A DNA stretch of 64,000 bases. Origin: an uncultured Bifidobacteriaceae bacterium. Its GTDB lineage: Bacteria > Verrucomicrobiota > Verrucomicrobiia > Limisphaerales > UBA11358. Below, piece by piece: positions 43,629 to 50,672 of the stretch (positions are counted from its first letter, which is position 1; every line of letters begins with the position of its first letter). The translations under genes and the position numbers were made by a program. The stretch covers positions 1,275 to 65,274 of the forward strand of contig CAYVGC010000005.1 in assembly GCA_964449815.1 (NCBI GenBank), written 5' to 3'. The notes beneath the pieces are model-generated. The model did no database searches and was not told the origin of the DNA. It saw only the letters and a list, made by a program, of their open reading frames with translations.

Positions 43629-46564
43629 AGCTGCAATTTGACGCAAAGCAGGAATTCCAGATTGCCGCAGTAAATTCTGTGGTTGACCTCTTTGACGGCC
43701 AGCCCTTGAACAAAGGGGACTTTCAAATTTCTTTTGAAACAAAGGGTAAGGGGCTTTTCGGCAGTCTCGTGCAAACGGAATTAGGCTTGGGCAATGCGCT
43801 CGTGATTGATCGCGAGACGATTCTTAAAAACCTTCAGCTTGTCCAGGAGCGCAATGATTTGGACGCGGACAAACATCTGCTACCGCAGGATTACAGCGCA
43901 AATGCTCCCGCCGCACTGAATTTCTCCGTTGAGATGGAAACCGGCACGGGCAAGACGTATGTGTATCTGCGGACGGTTTTTGAACTCAACAAAAAGTATG
44001 GGTTCAAGAAATTTATCATTGTTGTGCCGAGCGTGGCGATCCGCGAAGGCGTGCTGAAAAATCTGCAAATTACAAGCGACCACTTCAAGGCGCTCTACAA
44101 CAATGTGGAATTCGAGTATTTTGTTTATGACGCGAAAAAGGCGAGCCGCTTGCGGCAATTCGCAGTGAGCAATCAGATTCAAATTCTTGTCATTAACATT
44201 GATGCCTTCCGCAAAAATTTTGCAGGCACAGACGATGAGAAGAAAAGCAATGTAATCTTCAAAGAAGCGGATAAGTTATCCGGGCGTCAGCCGATTGAAT
44301 TTGTCCGTGCGACGAATCCGATTGTGATAATTGACGAGCCACAAAGCGTTGACAACACGGAGAAGGCGCAAGAGGCGATCCGGTCGCTTAACCCGCTTTG
44401 CACGTTGCGCTATTCGGCTACTCATGCGAATCCCTACAATCTGGTTTATTCGCTGAATCCAATCCGGGCGTTTGAACTCCGACTAGTAAAGCAAATCGTG
44501 GTTTCCAGTGTGACCGGCGAAGGCGCGCAAAATGATGCCTACGTCAAACTGGTTTCCATTGATCGAAAGAACGGCATCAAGGCAAAAGTGGAAATTGACG
44601 TTCAGACGAATGAAGGGCCAAAGCGGAAAGCCGTCACGGTAAAGCATGAAACCGATTTATTCATGGCATCAAAAGAACGTGGAAATTATCGGGATGGTTA
44701 TCTCATAACTGAAATCAACGCTGAACCTGGCAATGAATTCATTCAGTTCAACAACGGAAAAACCCTCAACATCGGTCAGGAGTTCGGAGGCATCCGGGAC
44801 GACCTTTGGCGAGTGCAAATCCGCAACACCATTCGCCGCCATCTCGACAAGGAAATCGCCTTAAAGAACAAAGGCATCAAAGTTTTGAGCCTGTTTTTCA
44901 TTGATAAGGTTGCCAATTACCGCTCTTACGACGAGCAAGGACAGCCGGTGAAGGGGAAATTTGCCGAGTGCTTTGAAGATGCGTTCAAGGAATTGATCGC
45001 GCAAGAAAAATACAAAGGTCTATTGCCGTTCCCGCTTGAAAGGCTTCATAACGGTTATTTCGCCCAGGATAAAAAGGGCGTCTTCAAAGACACCAACGGA
45101 AGCACTCAAGCCGATGATGACGTTTACAGCCTCATTATGCAAAGAAAAGAGGATTTGCTTTCGTTGGATGAACCGTTGCGGTTCATTTTCAGCCATTCCG
45201 CATTGCGGGAGGGTTGGGATAATCCAAACGTGTTCCAGATTTGCACGCTGAACGAAACTCGGTCTGTGATGAAAAAGCGTCAGGAAATCGGACGCGGCCT
45301 GCGCCTACCCGTCAATCAACATGGCGAGCGAGTATTTGATGAAAACATCAATAAGCTGCTCGTTGTGGCAAATGAGAGTTACGAGGATTTTGCCAAAGCG
45401 TTACAGAATGAATACGAGCAGGATTGTGGCGTCACGTTCGGCATAGTCCCCAAGTTTGCCTTTGCAAACCTGATGCAAATTGTGGCCGGTGAAGGAGTGC
45501 CGCTTGGCCGCGATGTATCGGTCAAGATTTTCGACGGGTTGGTTTCAAAAGGGATCGTCACTGAAAATGGCAAAATCAAACCGACATTTGACCCCAAAAC
45601 CCCAGGGTTAGACCTCGGCCTGCCCCCCGAACACGCGAACTTGCGTTCGGATATTATTGATGTCTTACAATCTTATCAGTTGGAACGTCACGTCAAAAAG
45701 GACGAAGAAGGACAACGGTTGCGTTTCAAGAAAGAGGTAACGCTTGACCCCGAATTTCAAGAGCTTTGGAATCGCATCAGTCCAAAGACTTCGTTTTCTG
45801 TTGAATACCAGACGGACACACTGGTCGCCAATGCGGTCAAAGCCATCAAAGCGATGGACAAAATCAAACCCGTCAAAATCCAAGTCACTGAGGCTGGTTT
45901 AGGCGTGGGGAAATCCGGCGTAAGCACGGACGTGCTTCGCGAGGCCGCCGAAACCGTAGTTTTTCGCGGGGCTGTGCCGGACGTGGTTGCCTATCTACAA
46001 GGCGAGACGGAACTAACCCGTTCGACTTTGGTGAGAATTCTCAAAGAATCAAACCGGCTTGCTGAATTCCTAGTCAACCCGCAAAAGTTTATGGACGCGG
46101 TTGCAGCAATCCTCAAGGTGCAACTTCACAAACTGATGATTGACGGCATTAAGTATGAGAAAATCGCCGGGGAGGAATACAGCATGACGCTTTTCGAGGA
46201 AAAAGAGATCATCGGCTACCTCAACAACCGCTTGGAAGTAAACCACAGCGTCTATGATGCCGTGGTTTATGATTCTGAAATTGAGAGGGAGTTTGCGGAA
46301 AAACTGGACAAGCGGCAGGACATCAAACTTTTTGTAAAGCTGCCGGATTGGTTCAAGATTGAAACGCCGCTCGGCACATACAATCCAGATTGGGCGATTT
46401 TGAAACATGACAACACCGTGCTGTATCTGGTGCGAGAAACCAAAGGCACAAAGAATTTCGAGAAGCTAAGAAATGTCGAAGCCGAAAAAATCCGCTGCGG
46501 ACGCAGGCACTTTGAAACGCTCCAAGTTGATTTTGATGTTGCGACTTCGGCGAGCGAAATTTGA
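43625..46564 (+). CDS. res: Type III restriction enzyme Res subunit (SF2 helicase + PD-(D/E)xK nuclease)
   Basis: Motif I METGTGKTYVY, motif II VIIDEPQS, and SALREGWDNPNVFQI with the QEIGRGLRL motif VI. C-terminal nuclease region YNPDWAILK...LVRETKG. The ATGA start/stop overlaps Mod. Confidence 0.85.
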   Translation: MKLQFDAKQEFQIAAVNSVVDLFDGQPLNKGDFQISFETKGKGLFGSLVQTELGLGNALVIDRETILKNLQLVQERNDLDADKHLLPQDYSANAPAALNFSVEMETGTGKTYVYLRTVFELNKKYGFKKFIIVVPSVAIREGVLKNLQITSDHFKALYNNVEFEYFVYDAKKASRLRQFAVSNQIQILVINIDAFRKNFAGTDDEKKSNVIFKEADKLSGRQPIEFVRATNPIVIIDEPQSVDNTEKAQEAIRSLNPLCTLRYSATHANPYNLVYSLNPIRAFELRLVKQIVVSSVTGEGAQNDAYVKLVSIDRKNGIKAKVEIDVQTNEGPKRKAVTVKHETDLFMASKERGNYRDGYLITEINAEPGNEFIQFNNGKTLNIGQEFGGIRDDLWRVQIRNTIRRHLDKEIALKNKGIKVLSLFFIDKVANYRSYDEQGQPVKGKFAECFEDAFKELIAQEKYKGLLPFPLERLHNGYFAQDKKGVFKDTNGSTQADDDVYSLIMQRKEDLLSLDEPLRFIFSHSALREGWDNPNVFQICTLNETRSVMKKRQEIGRGLRLPVNQHGERVFDENINKLLVVANESYEDFAKALQNEYEQDCGVTFGIVPKFAFANLMQIVAGEGVPLGRDVSVKIFDGLVSKGIVTENGKIKPTFDPKTPGLDLGLPPEHANLRSDIIDVLQSYQLERHVKKDEEGQRLRFKKEVTLDPEFQELWNRISPKTSFSVEYQTDTLVANAVKAIKAMDKIKPVKIQVTEAGLGVGKSGVSTDVLREAAETVVFRGAVPDVVAYLQGETELTRSTLVRILKESNRLAEFLVNPQKFMDAVAAILKVQLHKLMIDGIKYEKIAGEEYSMTLFEEKEIIGYLNNRLEVNHSVYDAVVYDSEIEREFAEKLDKRQDIKLFVKLPDWFKIETPLGTYNPDWAILKHDNTVLYLVRETKGTKNFEKLRNVEAEKIRCGRRHFETLQVDFDVATSASEI

Positions 46565-46672
46565 TTAAGCTTGAATTGAGTCACTATTTTAGCTTCCAGT
46601 TAACAACGCCCGCTACGATTAGTTTCTGGTTGAGGGAAATGAGGCCTTTTTTAAAAACTAGGGAGCATACTC

Positions 46673-46930
46673 GTGAAAAAAGAAGAACCTTTCAAAGAAA
46701 CAACCATTAGGAATTGCAAATTTGCATTCAAATGCACAAAGAAATGGGAAGAATTAGCTAAAACAGAAAACAAGAGCATTAGGTTCTGCGGAGACTGTGA
46801 AAAAGAGGTGCGCTTTTGCAGCACAGATGCTGAATTGACGGAAGCTATAAAATTCAACGAATGCATAGCTATTATTGATCCTGAAAGCGGAGAAGAGTTA
46901 TTAGGCGATGTCTGCCCCCCTCTGGATTAG
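46673..46930 (+). CDS. Small Cys-rich hypothetical protein
   Basis: 85 aa with a GTG start. Cys pattern CKFAFKC...FCGDCEKEVRFC suggests a zinc ribbon. AT-rich. No family recognised. Confidence 0.35.
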   Translation: MKKEEPFKETTIRNCKFAFKCTKKWEELAKTENKSIRFCGDCEKEVRFCSTDAELTEAIKFNECIAIIDPESGEELLGDVCPPLD

Positions 46931-47538
46931 TCATAGTAAAAGTTCGATTATGGCATTGATGCACAGAATAACCGAAATCCGTTTAACGGAAAAGCACCCC
47001 GCCGTCCAAGAGGCACAAGCAGCCGCTCGCCTTCAGCGTGGTAAGCCACCGCGCAGCTTGTGCCACTTGTCCTTGCCCATTTGCGTCTGACATTTGACCG
47101 TCCTTGTTCCGCCGTGCGCCTTTGGGCTTGCCCCATCCCCGCCAAGCCACGGCTCCCGGCTACTCCCGGCCAGCTAAAAGTCAGAGCAGGCCGGAATTGA
47201 GCCTTTGGCGACCCTGCGGGGCTAGAGGGTTTTGGTTAGTGTTTTTGACATGGCGCGTTTTTTAAGAACAGACGCCGCCGAGGTCTATCCGTAGTGCGCT
47301 TGCTGCTACGCCATCTTTTTCAAACTTCTTAATTCCCGCTATCGCGGGGCGTTTAATTTCCAGCGACGAAGGGCATGGGCCACGCCAGCGACCCGGCTAT
47401 CAGGTAACGCCGAATCTTTCGCTGTCATGCCCCATGCACGCCGGAAATAAAACTCATATAGCTCAAAAAATGGCTCCGCGTGGGGTGAAGCAAGCGACAT
47501 ACGGCGAGACACGAGCGGCGAACATCAAAAAAAAGCTT

Positions 47539-47925
47539 ATGAAAAACAAAATTAAAATTGAAGCAGCGACTCCAGCAAACGCCGATCAGCTATCATCAAA
47601 TAGAACTGACAGCCGGGCAAAAATTGATTTCAACCGCAGAAATGCGAACCGCGCATTGAACACCGAAAGACTTTTGGCTTTGCTCCGCAGGGAAACGCCG
47701 AGCTTCTTTGATCTCGCCGAGGTTGTCGGCAAATGGGTTTGGATTCAGTTTGATGGTAAGCAGCCCGTCACCGTCACCGCCGTTTTGTCAGAGCTTGGCT
47801 TTCATTGGAACAACAAGCGTCAGTCTTGGCAGCACCCTTGCGGAATGTTTCGTGACCAGTCCGTGCGGTTTGACCCCCGCAGAAAATACGGCAGCTATTT
47901 CGCTGCCGACCAGAAACCCGCCTAA
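47539..47925 (+). CDS. Hypothetical protein (transfer leading-region type)
   Basis: ATG 47539 (MKNKIKIEAATP...). The C-terminal part reads WVWIQFDGKQP...GFHWNNKRQSWQHPCG. It lies directly upstream of radC. The start is uncertain (the ORF opens at 47434). Confidence 0.45.
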   Translation: MKNKIKIEAATPANADQLSSNRTDSRAKIDFNRRNANRALNTERLLALLRRETPSFFDLAEVVGKWVWIQFDGKQPVTVTAVLSELGFHWNNKRQSWQHPCGMFRDQSVRFDPRRKYGSYFAADQKPA

Positions 47926-47939
47926 CCGGAGAAATCGCC

Positions 47940-48455
47940 ATGAATACCACCGCCATTTTTCCGAGCATGGAAACGCTTGTTAAACCGTTCAAATTTCCGG
48001 CCAGCCCGTATGAATACCGCGTGACCGCCTTGCGCGAATGTCCGACGCCGGAGAGCTTGCAGCAGTGCGAAACACCTGACAAAGCCGCCGATTATTGGCG
48101 GATGCACATTGCCACCCATCCGCATTTTAACCCCGATTGCGAATGTTTGGCCGTCCTGTTACTCAACACGCGCAAGCGCGTTAAAGGCCACCAGCTTGTT
48201 TCAATCGGCACAATGGACACCATTTTAGTCCATCCCCGCGAAGTGTTCCGGCTCGCCATCATCGCCGCCGCCAGTGCCGTGATTGTCATGCACAACCACC
48301 CAAGCGGCGAAAGCACCCCGTCAGAGGCAGACATCAAAGTGACCCGCGACCTAATACGCGCCGGACAGCTTTTGAAAATGGAATTGATTGACCACGTCGT
48401 AATAGGCAACGGCAATTTTTCATCACTTCGCGCCCTTGGTTATTTTTACGCCTAA
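47940..48455 (+). CDS. radC: RadC-like JAB/MPN domain protein
   Basis: JAMM motif VMHNHPSGESTPSEADIKVTRDL and ELIDHVVIG. 171 aa. Confidence 0.85.
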   Translation: MNTTAIFPSMETLVKPFKFPASPYEYRVTALRECPTPESLQQCETPDKAADYWRMHIATHPHFNPDCECLAVLLLNTRKRVKGHQLVSIGTMDTILVHPREVFRLAIIAAASAVIVMHNHPSGESTPSEADIKVTRDLIRAGQLLKMELIDHVVIGNGNFSSLRALGYFYA

Positions 48456-48462
48456 ACCCGCC

Positions 48463-48864
48463 ATGAACACACAAAACGAACCCTCGCCTTTTGGCGAAGT
48501 CATTTACAGCTACACCCGCAAACAGGCCATCGCCGACGGCTTTCAAGTGGACATTTCCAGCGCAGCCAAAGAAGCCGGAATCCGCTTTCCGGTGTTTATC
48601 ACCCGCACCGCGTTTGACGCTTATGTGACCATCCCGCCGAATGTCAGCGGGCAGGATGAAGCCGGACGCCTTTGGGATGTTGTTTGGATGCTCCGCTTTG
48701 CCATCCGCAAAGCAGCGCAGGGACAAAACCGCTTGCCTTTCGCGCTCTACGTCCGCAACGACAACCGCGCCGCCAAGCTGGTCAAATTGGTTGCCATGTG
48801 CGGCCCCCTCGACATGGACGACCCACAACCCGCGATCACGGTAATGATGCCGGATGAAGATTGA
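48463..48864 (+). CDS. Conserved plasmid/ICE leading-region protein (DUF6573-like, from memory)
   Basis: PFGEVIYSYTRKQAIADGFQVDIS...QDEAGRLWDVVWML resembles small proteins that accompany RadC and antirestriction genes on conjugative elements. ATG 48463. Confidence 0.45.
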   Translation: MNTQNEPSPFGEVIYSYTRKQAIADGFQVDISSAAKEAGIRFPVFITRTAFDAYVTIPPNVSGQDEAGRLWDVVWMLRFAIRKAAQGQNRLPFALYVRNDNRAAKLVKLVAMCGPLDMDDPQPAITVMMPDED

Positions 48865-49145
48865 AACCATTCAAATTTGCGGCTGGACTGGCAACGGTTC
48901 AGCCGCACACTGTCAGTGAAAGTGTCAGTTAAAGCACCGAAAAGTTAGCAAAAATAGTGACGAGTTAGAGCGAATTTGCATTGTTTAATCAATGGTTTTC
49001 GCTAGTTTATTGAAATCTGATTTAGATATACAGACTGTGTTCATCTGTGGCCCACCCCATCCGCATTGCGCCCCTGCACGCCAATCGTGGTTAATTTTCC
49101 CGAAACAGGACACTTTTTATCCCAAAAACGAGGATTCCAAGTTCT

Positions 49146-49418
49146 GTGTTTATAAGCACAGCGCCTGTGTTTGCAAGCACGGTCATTTTGTTTGCAATCA
49201 GAAAAATCGGGTTTGCAAGCCCGCTAACTGTGTTTGGAAACCGAATGGTCGTGTGGATAAACAACGTCGCCATGTTTGCCAGCAGCATCGTCGTGTTTGC
49301 CTTCACGCTGATCGGGTTTGGAAACACCGGAACCGTGTCGCGAAACCCAAAGGCTTTGTTTGCAAACAGAACCAGCGGGTTGGCAATCCGGCCGTTTGGG
49401 TCGGCAATCAAATCGTTC
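49146..49418. repeat. Tandem array of 13 degenerate 21-bp units, core (G/T)TGTTTGCAA plus a variable ~11 nt
   Basis: Core starts are at 49146, 49167, 49188, 49209, 49230, 49251, 49272, 49293, 49314, 49335, 49356, 49377 and 49398. The spacing is exactly 21 bp throughout with no indels. It produces open frames on both strands (48992..49432, 49146..49436, 49091..49543). Confidence 0.9.
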
Positions 49419-49911
49419 CCGGCCCCCGTTAAATGAAGTTTCCTGCCTCCTGATTTCTGCCGGGCGCGGAACCCTTTTGCGCCTTGGCGTTGAATTCCGT
49501 CCGTATTCCCGCTGATGTCGCTCCTAAACGGAGCTTCGTCCATTTGTGATTGGCGGTGCTACAAATTTACTGCGCCGCTGGCGCAAACCGGCGGGTGCTG
49601 CGGGGAAAATTCGGGGGAAATGATGAAGGCTGAAACGGGGCGTTTTCGCTATTTTGCGTGTTTGGCGGTTGATTTCGGCTTTTTTAGCAATTTCTGCTCC
49701 GCGCGACCGTCGGCTTGGACTGCAAGCACATGAGCTGACGCTTCAAGCATGTCGGCTGAAGCGACCAATGAAAACCCCGTTCCCGCTGTCTGGCAAATAG
49801 TCGCCAGCAGCACGGCATTCCATTCCGTTCAAGCGTTCAGGTGGCGGACACCTCCGCAACAGGAGGTGTGCAAAAAAAACACGGCGCGAACCGTGGGTGG
49901 TGAAATGGCTT

Positions 49912-50661
49912 TCAGCCTTTTGGCCGGATCTTTTTCCAGAGCCAGCCGAACGGATCATAGAATTCATCCACGACGCGCTCTTTCAAGGGAATGATCGCGT
50001 TGTCGGTGATGGTGATGTTTTCCGGACAGACTTTCGTGCAGCACTTGGTGATGTTGCAAAAGCCGATGCCCTGCGCCTGCTTGAGTTCCGGCAGCCGGTC
50101 TTCCGTGTCGAGCGGGTGCATCTCCAGCGCGGCGGCATAGACGAGGAAGCGCGGGCCGATGAATTCCTCGTGCTTGTGATGGTCGCGCAAAACGTGGCAG
50201 ACGTCCTGGCAGAGAAAGCATTCGATGCACTTGCGGAGTTCCTGCACGCGGTCCACGTCTTCCTGCTGCATCCGCCAGGTGCCGTCCGGCGCGTCGGGGG
50301 CGCGGGGCTTGAATTTTTTGATCTTGGTTTTGACGCGGAAATTCCATGACACATCTGTCGCCAGATCGCGGACGCTGGGAAAAGCGCGCATCGGTTCAAT
50401 GGTGACGGGCTTGCTGGTGTCGAGCGTGTCCATGCGCGTCATGCACATGAGCCTGGGCATGCCGTTGACTTCCGCCGAGCAGGAGCCGCATTTGCCGGCC
50501 TTGCAGTTCCAGCGGACGGCGAGATCGTTGGCCTGCGTCGCCTGGATTTTGTGGACGACGTCGAGAACGACGAGACCTTCCGTGATTTCCGTGGTGTAAT
50601 CCACGAACTTGCCGCCGCCGTTTTCATCCGTGCGCCAGATTCTGAAAGTGACAGTTTTCAT
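49912..50661 (-). CDS. sdhB: Succinate dehydrogenase/fumarate reductase iron-sulfur subunit
   Basis: 2Fe-2S motif CKAGKCGSCSAEVNG...LMC and the 4Fe-4S/3Fe-4S Cys clusters CIECFLCQDVC and CTKVCP. Confidence 0.9.
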   Translation of the reverse strand: MKTVTFRIWRTDENGGGKFVDYTTEITEGLVVLDVVHKIQATQANDLAVRWNCKAGKCGSCSAEVNGMPRLMCMTRMDTLDTSKPVTIEPMRAFPSVRDLATDVSWNFRVKTKIKKFKPRAPDAPDGTWRMQQEDVDRVQELRKCIECFLCQDVCHVLRDHHKHEEFIGPRFLVYAAALEMHPLDTEDRLPELKQAQGIGFCNITKCCTKVCPENITITDNAIIPLKERVVDEFYDPFGWLWKKIRPKG

Positions 50662-50672
50662 CGTGTCAAAGG

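Larger units (their letters stand above)
22657..48931. mobile_element. Integrative mobilizable island (possibly two tandem elements joined at ~28.15-28.47 kb)
   Basis: The interval is visibly AT-richer and is flanked by GC-rich core DNA. It has two tyrosine integrases (22799, 28471), a MOBQ-type relaxase, a coupling ATPase, defence genes and RadC-type genes. An imperfect direct repeat CACTGTCAG(C/T)(A/G)AAAGTGTCAGT(C/T)A lies at 22657-22680 and 48908-48931 (21 of 24 identical). The exact ends are not proven. Confidence 0.6.

Noticed and set aside
46948-47145. 65-aa minus-strand ORF in the 46.9-47.2 kb GC-rich patch
   Set aside because: No start context and no recognisable family. It may be a fragment of a decayed gene, but I cannot support a call.
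49252-49260. Perfect DnaA-box-like TGTGGATAA, suggesting a replication origin
   Set aside because: Only one of the 13 units matches the DnaA-box consensus. There is no dnaA/dnaN neighbourhood or AT-rich unwinding element. Treated as a chance variant of the array core.
48992-49543. Three overlapping ORFs (two plus-strand, one minus-strand) of 96-150 aa
   Set aside because: All three are open only because the 21-bp array lacks stops in several frames. None has a convincing start context or a recognisable family. Reported as a repeat, with the coding possibility flagged in the findings.
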